A stretch of 64,000 nucleotides of DNA from an uncultured Flavobacteriales bacterium (GCA_913042175.1 CAJWIX010000001.1:15231-79230), one strand, 5' to 3'; positions 48,693-59,596 are shown, counted from the stretch's first letter. The notes: generated from the letters alone by a model not told the origin. Made by a program: numbers and translations.

Positions 48693-49187
48693 TTATCTTT
48701 TTCCAAGTTCAATAACTTCTAGATTAGTTATTTTCTCTAATGAAAGCTCAAATCGAACAATCGTTCTTATTTTGTGGAATCCTTTATTACCTGCTGCACC
48801 AGGATTAATATATAATATCTTATTTATTTTATCATGCATAATTTTACATATATGTGAATGTCCGCAGATAAATATTTGAGGTTGATGAGTAATTAATTTC
48901 AACTTAGTTTTATTGTTGTATTTGTATGGTCTTCCTCCTATATGTGTCATTAATAATTTATTCCTCCCATATTTATATACTACATCTTCTTTGAATTCAC
49001 TTCTTATGATGTGATTGTCTATGTTGCCAAATACAGCTCTAACAATAGAGATTTCTTTAAGTTGATCAATTATTTTAATGTCACCAATATCCCCAGCATG
49101 CCATATTTCATCACAATTTCCAAGATGTTTAACATATTTCTCATCCCAGTAGCCATGGGTGTCTGATATTAATCCAATTTTAAGCAT
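48693..49187 (-). CDS. metallophosphoesterase (YfcE/MJ0936 family)
   Basis: SDTHG, AGDIGD, GNIDN and CGHSH motifs. 164 aa. Confidence 0.8.
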   Translation of the reverse strand: MLKIGLISDTHGYWDEKYVKHLGNCDEIWHAGDIGDIKIIDQLKEISIVRAVFGNIDNHIIRSEFKEDVVYKYGRNKLLMTHIGGRPYKYNNKTKLKLITHQPQIFICGHSHICKIMHDKINKILYINPGAAGNKGFHKIRTIVRFELSLEKITNLEVIELGKR

Positions 49188-49240
49188 ATATAGTTTTACA
49201 AAATATATTTTGCATATAATTTCATTTACATTTACTTATT

Positions 49241-49891
49241 ATGCTAAATTTTAAGATACTATGCATATTTTCAATTTTTGTGCAATTATGCCAAATTAAA
49301 AGCTTTAGTGTCGATGAAATTAACACTTATACATATAATATGGAACAAGAAGCTAAATTAGATACCATTATTCTTGGGGCGGGTTGCTTTTGGTGTGTAG
49401 AAGCAGTTTTTCAACAGCTCAATGGAGTTGAACATGTTGTTCCAGGATATGCTGGTGGATTTACTTCAAGCCCAACTTATGAAGAAGTGTGTAGCGAATC
49501 AACTGGTCATGCAGAGGTAGCAAAAATAACATTTGACAATGCTAAAATTTCATTGTCAAAACTATTAGAAGTTTTTTTTATGACACATGATCCTACTACG
49601 CTTAATCGTCAAGGAAATGATGTGGGAACTCAATACCGATCATCTATATTTTGTGTGAATAAGGAGCAATATCAATTAGCTAAGTTGTTTAAAGCTAAGA
49701 TTGATGAGTCATCTATTTGGCCAAATCCTGTAGTTACAGAGATTGAAATGCTTGATGAATTTTATGAGGCTGAAAATTACCATCATAATTACTATAACAA
49801 TAATAAAAATCAAGGTTATTGTCAGTATGTTATCTTTCCTAAAATAGAAAAATTTAAAAAGATTTTTTCTTCTGAAATAAAAGTGAAATAA
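49241..49891 (+). CDS. msrA: peptide-methionine (S)-S-oxide reductase
   Basis: GAGCFWCVEAVF active site. The start may instead be ATG 49340 (MEQEAKLDTIILGAGCFWC). Confidence 0.88.
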   Translation: MLNFKILCIFSIFVQLCQIKSFSVDEINTYTYNMEQEAKLDTIILGAGCFWCVEAVFQQLNGVEHVVPGYAGGFTSSPTYEEVCSESTGHAEVAKITFDNAKISLSKLLEVFFMTHDPTTLNRQGNDVGTQYRSSIFCVNKEQYQLAKLFKAKIDESSIWPNPVVTEIEMLDEFYEAENYHHNYYNNNKNQGYCQYVIFPKIEKFKKIFSSEIKVK

Positions 49892-49920
49892 ACTTATATT
49901 TGAACAATAATTTAACTTAT

Positions 49921-50880
49921 ATGAGCAAGACAAAGCTTATTGAAAATATTTCAGAAATTGGTGCTGGAACTAGAGGTTCTTCTTTAGGGATAGAGGCTTT
50001 AAAAATAGCTGATTTTAATTTAGAGTTAGGGTTTTTTAAAAAGTTTAATCAATCCCATAAAATCATCAATAATAATGATTCATTACTTCAAGAAACAACC
50101 TATGGTAAGGCTAAAAGAATAGACCATATAATTGAAGTTTGTGAAGATATATCTTCCAATGTTTCAACTGTATTAAAAAAGAATAGCTTTCCCATAGTTT
50201 TATCGGGTGACCATTCTGGAGCTATTGGTACAATATCAGGCATAAAAACAGCAAATCCATCTGCAAGAATAGGAGTAATTTGGATTGATGCTCATGCTGA
50301 TTTACATACGCCATTTACTACTCCTTCAGGAAATGTGCATGGAATGACTTTGATGGCGTCATTGAATTTTGATAATGCTGAAAGACGTATTCACGAGTTA
50401 GATCATTCCACCCAACAGCAGTGGGAAAAGCTTAAAAAAGTGGGGGATATTTATCCTAAAATTAGTGCCGATGATATTGTTTTTATTGGACTTAGGTCTA
50501 CTGAAGATGCGGAAGATTATTTTATTATAGATAATAACTTAAAAAAGGTAAGTGTTGAAGAGGTGAGGAGAAGAGGTCATGAAAAAGTATCAGAAGAAGT
50601 AATGGAATATTTATCTTCATGCGATACAATTTATATTTCATTTGATGTTGATAGTTTAGATTGTGATTTGGTATCTTATGGGACAGGTACACCTGTTCCT
50701 AATGGCTTGACTGAACAAGAAGCAGGTGGATTAATAAATAATTTTTTAATCAATAAAAAGACTTCATGCCTTGAAGTTGTTGAAATCAATCCTTGCCTAG
50801 ACAATAAGCAAAATAGAATGGCTGAAACAGCATTGAGAATTTTAGATCGTGCTTGTTCTATAATTGAAAAACGCGGTTAA
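49921..50880 (+). CDS. arginase-fold (ureohydrolase family) enzyme
   Basis: SGDHSGA, DAHADLHT and SFDVDSLD Mn-site motifs. I prefer ATG 49921 over the TTG at 49900 used in the track. Confidence 0.78.
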   Translation: MSKTKLIENISEIGAGTRGSSLGIEALKIADFNLELGFFKKFNQSHKIINNNDSLLQETTYGKAKRIDHIIEVCEDISSNVSTVLKKNSFPIVLSGDHSGAIGTISGIKTANPSARIGVIWIDAHADLHTPFTTPSGNVHGMTLMASLNFDNAERRIHELDHSTQQQWEKLKKVGDIYPKISADDIVFIGLRSTEDAEDYFIIDNNLKKVSVEEVRRRGHEKVSEEVMEYLSSCDTIYISFDVDSLDCDLVSYGTGTPVPNGLTEQEAGGLINNFLINKKTSCLEVVEINPCLDNKQNRMAETALRILDRACSIIEKRG

Positions 50881-52661
50881 TGAATTCTATCCATGCTATC
50901 TACAAAACAATAAAAGAATTTGTTGTTGATCTCTACAGCGAGCCCAGTTTAATGGATGCTGTTGTGTTACAAGACACAAAAAAGGAACACGAAGGCGATA
51001 TTACGCTTATTGCTTTTTCTATTGTGAAATTCACAAAAGAAAATCCTGTTAAAACTGCGAATGACATTGGAGATTATTTATTGCAAAAGTCTAGTTTGTT
51101 TGAATCCTATAATGTTAAAAGTGGTTTCTTAAATCTGGTATTAAAAAAATCAGTTTGGATCGAATTGTTTAATGAATGGTACAGTCAAGATAATTATGGA
51201 CTAACTAAGCAACCCTCTAAAAAATTATATATGGTGGAGTACTCTTCACCAAATACAAATAAGCCATTACATTTAGGTCATTTGAGAAATATTTTTCTTG
51301 GAGATAGTGTTGTCTCTTTATTAAAGGCTGTAGGACATGAGGTGGTAAAGACTCAAATAATAAATGACAGGGGTATTCATATTTGTAAATCAATGGTAGC
51401 TTGGAAATATTTTGGTAATGGTGAAACTCCTGAATCTTCTGGTCTAAAAGGAGATCATCTTGTCGGTAAATATTACGTGCTATTTGATAAAAAATATAAA
51501 GAACAAGTATCAGATTTAATTGATGCCGGTTTAGATAAAGAATCAGCTCAAGCAAAAGCGCAGATACTTATCGATGCTCAACAAATGCTAATTAAGTGGG
51601 AACAGAACGATACTGAAACAAGAAATTTGTGGAGTACGATGAATGGTTGGGTTTATGATGGTTTTAATAAAACATACAAAGATTTAAAAGTGAATTTTGA
51701 TCATTTGTATTACGAGTCAAGTACCTATTCAAAAGGCAAAGGTGTGGTGCAAGAAGGATTAAATGAAAATGTCTTTTACAAGAAGGAAGATAATTCCATT
51801 TGGTGTGACATGTCCAAGGATAAATTAGATGATAAACTATTGTTAAGATCTGATGGTACGTCTGTTTATATGACTCAAGATATTGGTACCGCAGTTCAGA
51901 GATTTGAAGATTATCCTTCCCTGTCAGGGGTAGTGTATACTGTAGGCAATGAACAAAACCATCATTTTAATGTATTATTTAAGATTTTACAAAAGTTAAA
52001 TTATAATTGGGCCCAAAATTGCCATCATCTATCATATGGCATGGTGGAATTACCAGAGGGTAAAATGAAGTCTAGAGAAGGTACTGTTGTTGATGCTGAT
52101 GACTTGCTTTCTACTGTGGTCAAAGAGGCAAAACAACTAACTTTTGAAAGAGGTCATCTTGAGGGTATGAGTCAAGAAGAAATTAATGATTTATGTGGTA
52201 AAATAGGATTGGGTGGTCTAAAATATTTTTTGTTAAAAGTTGATCCAAGAAAAAAAATGTCTTTCAATCCGAAAGAGTCCATTGATTTAAATGGTCATAC
52301 GGGTCCATTTATACAGTATGGGTATGCCAGAATTTGCAGTTTGATAGAAAAGGCGGATTCCTTTTCATCTTTTAATCATAACAATTTTGAATTGAGTGAA
52401 AAAGAACTTGAAGTAGTTAAGTCTCTGGGTGCTTTTGAAGAGATAATTAAACAAGCTGCACATGAACTATCACCTTCAGTTTTAGCTAATTATCTGTTTG
52501 CATTAGTTAAAACGTATAACTCTTTTTATCAAGACTGTCCCATAATAAGAGAGTCAAATCAAGATTTGAAACTATTTAGATTGAGCTTATCTTCATTAAC
52601 AGCTAGAGTGCTTTTTAATGGGATGTCTATATTGGGTATTGAATTGCCACGAAGAATGTAA
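50880..52661 (+). CDS. argS: arginine--tRNA ligase
   Basis: Class I HIGH variant PLHLGHLRN. C-terminal anticodon-binding region. 593 aa. TAATG overlap with the upstream gene. Confidence 0.92.
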   Translation: MNSIHAIYKTIKEFVVDLYSEPSLMDAVVLQDTKKEHEGDITLIAFSIVKFTKENPVKTANDIGDYLLQKSSLFESYNVKSGFLNLVLKKSVWIELFNEWYSQDNYGLTKQPSKKLYMVEYSSPNTNKPLHLGHLRNIFLGDSVVSLLKAVGHEVVKTQIINDRGIHICKSMVAWKYFGNGETPESSGLKGDHLVGKYYVLFDKKYKEQVSDLIDAGLDKESAQAKAQILIDAQQMLIKWEQNDTETRNLWSTMNGWVYDGFNKTYKDLKVNFDHLYYESSTYSKGKGVVQEGLNENVFYKKEDNSIWCDMSKDKLDDKLLLRSDGTSVYMTQDIGTAVQRFEDYPSLSGVVYTVGNEQNHHFNVLFKILQKLNYNWAQNCHHLSYGMVELPEGKMKSREGTVVDADDLLSTVVKEAKQLTFERGHLEGMSQEEINDLCGKIGLGGLKYFLLKVDPRKKMSFNPKESIDLNGHTGPFIQYGYARICSLIEKADSFSSFNHNNFELSEKELEVVKSLGAFEEIIKQAAHELSPSVLANYLFALVKTYNSFYQDCPIIRESNQDLKLFRLSLSSLTARVLFNGMSILGIELPRRM

Positions 52662-52664
52662 TCT

Positions 52665-53597
52665 ATGTTAGATACTTATGATTCATATCCTAGTTGGAAA
52701 AAATTCCAACCTTATTTCCCTGAAGATTGGAGAATAAATGAACAAAATGCTCCACAAGAATACTATTGGAAATGGAGAGATTTTGATGTTCATATTGATC
52801 ATTATAAGAGCATCAATAAGCAAAAAAAATTCAAGCTTATCTTGCTTCACGGTGGTGGTGGAAATGGTCGCTTATTATCTCCTGTGGCTGTTTTTTTTAA
52901 TCGACTTGGCTATGAATGCATAGCTCCAGATTTACCAGGCTTTGGTTTAACTAAAATACATAAACCAAATTCCTATTATACTTGGATTGACTTGGTAAAT
53001 GATTTAATAGATACGGAGCTTGAAAAAAGTAATATGCCCATTGTACTTAGTGGAATAAGTTTGGGTGGGATGTTGGCTTATCAAGTAGCTTGTTTAAATA
53101 AAAAGGTCAGTGGTTTAATTGTAACAAGTTTAGCTGATACAAGAAAAAAATCTGTTCAAATGGGATTGGCTAGGAATAAATTATTTGGAGCCGTATCTCC
53201 TCTTTTATTAAGCAAGTTAAGTGTTTTGACAGATGATTTAAAAATACCAATTAAATGGACTACAAAAATGTGGGCAATGGCCAATAATTCAAATTTTGTT
53301 AATGACCTTATGGATGATAAGGTAGGTTCTGGCAGTTGGGTGTTTCTTAAATTTTTCAGGACTTTATTTGAAGCCTCCCCTGAAATTGAACCGGAAAACT
53401 TTGACTTATGTCCACTTTTGTTTTTACAACCAGAAAAGGATTATATCATTCCATGGTCAATGTCAAAACCGTTTTATGATGCACTTTCATGCCCAAAATC
53501 ACTTGTCTTTTTAGAAAACTGTGGTCATATACCTCTTGAAAAGCCAGGTACAGATCAAATGATAAAAAGTGTGGTAGAATTCTTGGAGGAACTCTAA
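52665..53597 (+). CDS. alpha/beta-fold hydrolase
   Basis: LHGGGGNG and the nucleophile elbow GISLGG. C-terminal CGH (His of the triad). Confidence 0.75.
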   Translation: MLDTYDSYPSWKKFQPYFPEDWRINEQNAPQEYYWKWRDFDVHIDHYKSINKQKKFKLILLHGGGGNGRLLSPVAVFFNRLGYECIAPDLPGFGLTKIHKPNSYYTWIDLVNDLIDTELEKSNMPIVLSGISLGGMLAYQVACLNKKVSGLIVTSLADTRKKSVQMGLARNKLFGAVSPLLLSKLSVLTDDLKIPIKWTTKMWAMANNSNFVNDLMDDKVGSGSWVFLKFFRTLFEASPEIEPENFDLCPLLFLQPEKDYIIPWSMSKPFYDALSCPKSLVFLENCGHIPLEKPGTDQMIKSVVEFLEEL

Positions 53598-53598
53598 A

Positions 53599-53958
53599 TT
53601 ATTTCTTAGAAAAGTGTTTTTTCTCTTTAATTCTTGCTGCTTTACCAGTTCTTTCTCTTAAATAAAACAATCTAGCTCTTCTCACAGAACCTTCTTTATT
53701 AACAGCAATTTTTTCGATAAACGGTGAAGACAAAGGGAAAATTCTTTCTACACCAGTTCCACCAGACATTTTACGAATGGTAAATGTTTCTGTTGTTCCA
53801 GATCCTCTTCTTTGAATCACAGTTCCTTGAAAAGACTGAAGTCTTTCTTTGTTACCTTCTTTAATTTTGTAAGTAACTGTAATGGTATCTCCAGCACTAA
53901 ATTTAGGCCATTCTTTAGCTGCTGAAATTTCATTTGCTATTTGCTTTACTCTATCCAT
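53599..53958 (-). CDS. rplS: 50S ribosomal protein L19
   Basis: [33 protein letters not shown]. 119 aa. Downstream of trmD. Confidence 0.93.
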   Translation of the reverse strand: MDRVKQIANEISAAKEWPKFSAGDTITVTYKIKEGNKERLQSFQGTVIQRRGSGTTETFTIRKMSGGTGVERIFPLSSPFIEKIAVNKEGSVRRARLFYLRERTGKAARIKEKKHFSKK

Positions 53959-54021
53959 GATTCAATTTTTAGGCGTGCAATATTACAAAGATTTTTTTTA
54001 ATTATCCCAATTACAATCCTA

Positions 54022-54696
54022 TTATTTTAGTAGGTCAGGCCTTCTTTTTTTTGTGTTTTCCAATGATTTTTCAAATCTCCACTTTTCAATTTCTTTTAAA
54101 TTACCTGATGTTAACACTTTTGGGACTTCCCAGCCATTAAAGTTTGCTGGTCTTGTATAAACAGGTGGAGCAATTAAATTATCTTGAAATGAATCACTCA
54201 ATGCTGAAGTTTCATCATTAAGTACTCCAGGCAATAACCTAATAATACTATCACAATATATAGCTGCTGGTAATTCCCCTCCAGATAAAACATAGTCGCC
54301 AATAGAAATTTCTTTAGTAACTATATGGTCTCTTACTCGTTGGTCAATCCCTTTATAATGACCACAAATAATGATTAAGTTTTCTAATAATGAATGTTGA
54401 TTTGCTATTGATTGTGTTAATTGTTCACCATCTGGACACATGAAAATTACTTCGTCATAATCTCGTTCTTTTTTTAGGCTTTGAATACAATTAAAAAGTG
54501 GTTCTATAGAAAGCACCATGCCAGCACCGCCCCCAAATGCATAATCATCGATGCTTTTTTGTTTATTGTTGCTGAAATCCCTTAAGTCATGAAGATAAAT
54601 TTCAACAAGTTTTTTTTCCTGTGCTCTTTTTAAGATGGATTGCTCAAAATAACTTGTCAGTAATTTAGGTATTGCGCTAATTATATCAATTCTCAT
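54022..54696 (-). CDS. trmD: tRNA (guanine37-N1)-methyltransferase
   Basis: MRIDIISAIP, GHYKGIDQRV and GDYVLSGGELPA motifs. Confidence 0.92.
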   Translation of the reverse strand: MRIDIISAIPKLLTSYFEQSILKRAQEKKLVEIYLHDLRDFSNNKQKSIDDYAFGGGAGMVLSIEPLFNCIQSLKKERDYDEVIFMCPDGEQLTQSIANQHSLLENLIIICGHYKGIDQRVRDHIVTKEISIGDYVLSGGELPAAIYCDSIIRLLPGVLNDETSALSDSFQDNLIAPPVYTRPANFNGWEVPKVLTSGNLKEIEKWRFEKSLENTKKRRPDLLK

Positions 54697-55478
54697 GTTA
54701 GTTTGATTTGTAGACCATCGTATGCAATTTTTATATTTTCAGGTAAAGTAGATTCAACTTCATCGTGCTTTCCCATGAGGTGGGAGATATGAGTGAGAAA
54801 TGCTTTTTTTGGTGCCAGTTCCTGAATCATTTCTACAGCTTGGTCTAAATTTAAGTGAGAAATATGTTCTTCTTTTCTTAAGGCATTAATAATGAGTACG
54901 TCAAGGTTTTTTAATTTTTCTTTTTCTTTTTTCTCAATCGTTTTCGCATCAGTTATGTACGCAAAATTATTAATTCTAAATCCTAATACTGGAAGTTTAT
55001 AGTGAAGTACTTCAATTGGATCTATTTTAACATCACCTATCAAAAATGAATCATTTTTGTTAATTGAATATCTGTTTATTTTGGGGATACCTGGATAGCT
55101 AAATTTTGGGTCAAAAATATAGATGTATTCTCTTTGTAGCGCTTTAAATACGTTGTCACTACAAAAAATGTCAATTGGTTTTTTTTGCTTAAAGTTATAA
55201 GGTCTTATATCATCTAAACCAGCCACATGATCCTTGTGTTCATGGGTAAATAGCACTGCATCTAACTGGCCTACATTGTATTTAAGCATTTGTTGTCTAA
55301 AGTCAGGGCCTGTATCTACAACTATAGATTTATTTTTATAATTAAAATGTATGGAAGATCTAAGTCTTTTGTCTTTAGAGTTAGTTGAAGTGCAAACTGC
55401 GCAATGACATCCAATAACTGGCACTCCTTGTGAGGTTCCAGTACCAGTAATGGTAATAATCATCTCATTATTTTCCAT
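54693..55478 (-). CDS. MBL-fold metallo-hydrolase
   Basis: HEHKDHVAG (HxHxDH) motif. 261 aa. Confidence 0.8.
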   Translation of the reverse strand: MENNEMIITITGTGTSQGVPVIGCHCAVCTSTNSKDKRLRSSIHFNYKNKSIVVDTGPDFRQQMLKYNVGQLDAVLFTHEHKDHVAGLDDIRPYNFKQKKPIDIFCSDNVFKALQREYIYIFDPKFSYPGIPKINRYSINKNDSFLIGDVKIDPIEVLHYKLPVLGFRINNFAYITDAKTIEKKEKEKLKNLDVLIINALRKEEHISHLNLDQAVEMIQELAPKKAFLTHISHLMGKHDEVESTLPENIKIAYDGLQIKLT

Positions 55479-56604
55479 GATTTATGATGTCCTTTATTTT
55501 TTGCAGTGTAAATTCAACATCTTCTTTGGTGTTAAATCTACTAAAGGAAAATCTTACAGATTGACATTCTTGGTTTGGAAGTTCAGCTAAAACGTGAGAT
55601 CCTTGGGTTGACCCTGAAGAACATGCACTACCACCAGATGCAGCAATTCCATGGATGTCTAAACTAAACAATAACATAGAATTACAAACATCATTTGGAA
55701 AACAGACGTTGAGCACAGTATATAGACTTCTGTTAGGATTTACATCACCATTAAAATCAATTCTGGGATCTATTTTTTTAAGTTCTTCTATCATAAAGGA
55801 TTTTAATCCTTGTATGTGCTTTTGGTGTGAACTTAAATCTTCGTAAGCCATTTCCATTGCTTTTCCTAGGCCAACAATTCCATATAGATTTTCAGTGCCG
55901 CCTCTATTTTTCCTTTCTTGAGATCCACCGGTAATTAAAGGATTGAGCGATATGTTGTTATTTACATATAAAAATCCAATTCCTTTTGGTCCATGAAGTT
56001 TATGGGCAGAACAAGTAAGAAAATCAATGGGTGTTTCAGATAGGTTAAAATCGTAATGCCCCATGGTTTGAACAGTGTCAGAATGAAAATATACATGTGA
56101 TTTTTGGGCGCAAATTTGAGCTACTTCTTGTAATGGAAGTAGTGATCCAATTTCATTATTGGCATGCATTAAGGTGACTAAAGTTTTGGTGTCATTTTCT
56201 AGAAGCTGTTTAAGTTGAGATATATTAGGATGTCCATTTTCATCAGTTTCTAAAAAAGTTAAATCAATGTTGTGGTTATCTCTCAAGCATTCTGCAGTAT
56301 GTAAAACAGCATGGTGTTCAATTTTAGTAGTGATTATTCTCTTTACCTTTAAGTCATGAACAGCACATCTCAATGCCATATTATCAGCTTCAGTTCCACC
56401 TGAGGTAAAAATGATTTCGTTGTTTTTAGCATGGATAAGGTCAGCAATTTTTTTTCGATTAATCTCAATCGCGTTTTTTGTTTTTCTGCCAAATGAATGT
56501 GTGCTTGAAGGATTCCCAAAATAATCATATAAATAAGGTTCTATTTCCTTAACAACCTCTTTTGCAATTGGAGTAGTAGCTGCATTATCTAAGTAAACTT
56601 TCAT
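55468..56604 (-). CDS. cysteine desulfurase (NifS/IscS class)
   Basis: PLP-lysine SAHKLHGPKG and catalytic loop SGGSACSSGS. Confidence 0.85.
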   Translation of the reverse strand: MKVYLDNAATTPIAKEVVKEIEPYLYDYFGNPSSTHSFGRKTKNAIEINRKKIADLIHAKNNEIIFTSGGTEADNMALRCAVHDLKVKRIITTKIEHHAVLHTAECLRDNHNIDLTFLETDENGHPNISQLKQLLENDTKTLVTLMHANNEIGSLLPLQEVAQICAQKSHVYFHSDTVQTMGHYDFNLSETPIDFLTCSAHKLHGPKGIGFLYVNNNISLNPLITGGSQERKNRGGTENLYGIVGLGKAMEMAYEDLSSHQKHIQGLKSFMIEELKKIDPRIDFNGDVNPNRSLYTVLNVCFPNDVCNSMLLFSLDIHGIAASGGSACSSGSTQGSHVLAELPNQECQSVRFSFSRFNTKEDVEFTLQKIKDIINHGK

Positions 56605-56611
56605 TTTGTCG

Positions 56612-56619
56612 CAAATATA
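56612..56619 (-). promoter_or_regulatory. -7 box TATATTTG 7 nt upstream of the cysteine desulfurase ATG
   Basis: The minus strand reads TATATTTG-CGACAAA-ATG. Confidence 0.4.
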
Positions 56620-56624
56620 TGGAA

Positions 56625-58010
56625 TTACATAAGCTTTTTGACCTCTTCTACAAATCTTGAAGCAAGGCTTGAGGCTTTTTCTAAGCTTTTGCTTTCTGCG
56701 TAAATCCTAATGATGGGTTCAGTATTTGATTTTCTTAAATGAACCCATTCTTCATCAAAATCCAATTTCAATCCGTCAATTTTATTTTGTGAGATATGGG
56801 CATATTGATCAGATATCGTATTAACCAATTTATCAATATCAGTAGAGGAGTCTAATTCTACTTTGTTTTTACTAATAACATAATTAGGGTATGATTTTCT
56901 TAATTGGCTCATGGATAATTTCTTATTGGCTAAGTGGGTGAGGAATAAAGCAATGCCCACTAGAGCATCTCTTCCATAATGTGCAGACGGATAAATTACC
57001 CCACCATTTCCTTCCCCGCCAATAACTGCATTTTTTTCTTTCATCATGTTCACCACATTAACTTCACCAACAGCAGAAGCAAAATAATGCCCACCATGTT
57101 TTTCTGTAACATCTCTAAGAGCTCTTGTTGAAGATAAATTGGACACGGTATTCCCTTTTTTTATGCTTAGAATATGATCAGCCACTGCAACTAAGGTGTA
57201 TTCTTCACCAAATACAGTACCGTCTTCACATACAAAAGCCAAACGATCCACATCTGGATCAACAACAATACCCAAATCTGCTTTTTTGTTAATTACTGTT
57301 TTACTCAGTTCTGTAAGGTGTTCGGGAAGAGGTTCTGGATTGTGTGGGAACTCTCCATTTGGTGTGCAATACAACTCAGTTATATTATTACACTTAAGCG
57401 CTTTAAGTAGTTTTGGTAATGCAATTCCCCCAGTACTGTTAACTGCATCTATCACAACATTAAAGTTTGCTTTTTCAATAGCATTAATGTCTACACCTTC
57501 TAAGCTTAATATGTCTTTAATGTGTAGGTCTATATAATTATCTTTGGTAATGGTTTTTCCTAAATGATCAACTTCATTAAATACCAACTTGTTTTCAGCA
57601 ATAAGTTCCATTAATTCTCTACCATCATTCTCGCTAATAAACTCTCCTTTTTCATTGAGGAGCTTTAGCGCATTCCATTGCTTAGGATTATGGCTAGCTG
57701 TTAAAATAATACCACCTTGAGCTTTTTCTTTTGGAACAGCAAACTCAACTGTTGGTGTTGTAGATAATCCTAAATTAATAATGTCTATACCAAGTGATTG
57801 TAATGTTCCTATGCATAAACTTTCCACCATTTCACCAGAAAGTCTAGCATCTCTTCCAATAACGACAGTTAGGGAGTCTTTCTTGTGTTTTTTCTTGAGC
57901 CAAAGGCCATAGGCACTTACTGATTCAACAATGTCAATTGGGGTTAGATTTTGGCCAGGTAAGCCTCCGATAGTTCCTCTAATTCCGGAAATGGACTTAA
58001 TAAGTGTCAT
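56625..58010 (-). CDS. glmM: phosphoglucosamine mutase
   Basis: Phosphoserine loop TASHNP, DPDVDR metal loop, GGEGNGG. 461 aa. Confidence 0.88.
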   Translation of the reverse strand: MTLIKSISGIRGTIGGLPGQNLTPIDIVESVSAYGLWLKKKHKKDSLTVVIGRDARLSGEMVESLCIGTLQSLGIDIINLGLSTTPTVEFAVPKEKAQGGIILTASHNPKQWNALKLLNEKGEFISENDGRELMELIAENKLVFNEVDHLGKTITKDNYIDLHIKDILSLEGVDINAIEKANFNVVIDAVNSTGGIALPKLLKALKCNNITELYCTPNGEFPHNPEPLPEHLTELSKTVINKKADLGIVVDPDVDRLAFVCEDGTVFGEEYTLVAVADHILSIKKGNTVSNLSSTRALRDVTEKHGGHYFASAVGEVNVVNMMKEKNAVIGGEGNGGVIYPSAHYGRDALVGIALFLTHLANKKLSMSQLRKSYPNYVISKNKVELDSSTDIDKLVNTISDQYAHISQNKIDGLKLDFDEEWVHLRKSNTEPIIRIYAESKSLEKASSLASRFVEEVKKLM

Positions 58011-58158
58011 TTTTTTTGCTCGAATATAACCAATGGCTAAGCACTCAGGTATGATTTTGGCATAAAATTTTTAACAATAAGTTGTCCAGGAAATTTAAGT
58101 GTTAATTTAATTGTGGATAAGCTTACTAAGAAATGTGTTGCTCCTATTGATATATAAA

Positions 58159-58166
58159 TAAATTTG
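58159..58166 (+). promoter_or_regulatory. -7 box TAAATTTG upstream of the TPR gene
   Basis: TAAATTTG lies 23 nt upstream of ATG 58190. Confidence 0.45.
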
Positions 58167-58189
58167 TTAAGCAAACAATACTTTAAAAT

Positions 58190-59596
58190 ATGTTTGACAC
58201 TCCATCCTCAAATGATGAAATTCTTCAAAAAGTAGTACAATTTGAAGATATGCTAAAAGGTAAATCATTTACTTTTTTTGATGTAGATGACTATGAAAAT
58301 ATAGTTGATTATTACATTGATGTTGAGATGACTTCTAAAGCTATTGCAGCTATAGATTTTGGCTTAAACCAATTTCCAAATGATTTGACTTTGTCTCTAA
58401 TAAAGGTTGAAGTGTTAAACAGTAAACAACTTTTTGATGATTCTTACAGGTTGTTAAAGTCATTAGAGCAATTCTACCCTAATAACATAGACATCCTTTT
58501 TAACTTAGGTAAAATATATTCCATCACTAACAGAATACAAACAGCCAAAATTTATTTTGAAAATACACTGAATTTGATCAGAGTTAATGATTCATACAAT
58601 GACTTGTTATCTGATATTGCTTATGAATTTTTACAGATTGGTCAAAACTTTCAGGCTATTGACGTTATGAAGCGAATATTGGAAATCAATCCTGATGATG
58701 AGTCAACAATGATGGAAATTGGGATAGCTTACCACGAGACTGGTGAATACCAAGATGCAATTACCTATTTTGAATCAGTTATTGATGAAAATCCTTACTC
58801 ACATATAGCTTGGTTTAATATTGGTACACTTTATAATGTAAAAGAAAATTGGAAAGATGCATTATTTGCTTTTGACATGTGTTTGGTTATCAATGAAAAA
58901 TTCACGGCTGCTCACTATGGTAAAGCCAATAGCTATATACAAGAGAAAGAGTTTCAAAATGCAATAGATACTTTCAATGAATCTTTTGTTTATGACCACC
59001 CTAACTCATACGCGTACTGTTGTTTGGGAGAATGTTATGAAAAAATAGGAGATTTTAAAAAGGCACTCATATTTTATGAAAAAAGCTTGGAAATAGATGA
59101 TTCACAATCCGATGCTTGGTTAGGGATAGGTGTAGTTAGGGATTTAAATAACGAAACTATGGATGGGCTTAAGTTTATTGAAAAGGCCATTAAGCTTGAT
59201 GCCGAAAATTCAGAGTACTGGTATATTTTTGCCGAGTTTTTAACTAAACTTGGAAAAGTTGAGGAAGCTGAGGATGCGTTTAAAAAAGTTGTTGAACTAG
59301 ATCCAGGAAATATTGACGCTTGGATAGATTATTCTAATTTTTTATTTGAAAACAATTCAAAGACAAAAGCAATTAAAGAGGTTGAGCGTGCTATAAGTAA
59401 GAATGAAGGAGAGGCTGAATTGGAGATGAGATTAGTTGCAATGCAGATTGCTTCTGGTAAAATTATGGATGCTAAGCTTAAGTTAATTCACTTACAAAAA
59501 AGTGAGAAAAATTCTTTCCAAAAATTACTGGAAATTTATCCCGAAGCAAAAAATATACCTGAAATAGTAGAAATCATTAATAAAGGGAATAAGTAA
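58190..59596 (+). CDS. tetratricopeptide (TPR) repeat protein
   Basis: Multiple 34-aa W/Y..G..Y....(Y/F).(D/E)A...(F/Y) repeats. 468 aa. Confidence 0.8.
   Translation: MFDTPSSNDEILQKVVQFEDMLKGKSFTFFDVDDYENIVDYYIDVEMTSKAIAAIDFGLNQFPNDLTLSLIKVEVLNSKQLFDDSYRLLKSLEQFYPNNIDILFNLGKIYSITNRIQTAKIYFENTLNLIRVNDSYNDLLSDIAYEFLQIGQNFQAIDVMKRILEINPDDESTMMEIGIAYHETGEYQDAITYFESVIDENPYSHIAWFNIGTLYNVKENWKDALFAFDMCLVINEKFTAAHYGKANSYIQEKEFQNAIDTFNESFVYDHPNSYAYCCLGECYEKIGDFKKALIFYEKSLEIDDSQSDAWLGIGVVRDLNNETMDGLKFIEKAIKLDAENSEYWYIFAEFLTKLGKVEEAEDAFKKVVELDPGNIDAWIDYSNFLFENNSKTKAIKEVERAISKNEGEAELEMRLVAMQIASGKIMDAKLKLIHLQKSEKNSFQKLLEIYPEAKNIPEIVEIINKGNK

Noticed and set aside
58011-58189. 179-nt spacer upstream of glmM and the TPR gene, examined for a riboswitch or small RNA
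   Set aside because: The region is AT-rich with no convincing conserved-looking helices. It is adequately explained by divergent promoters (TAAATTTG box at 58159-58166).
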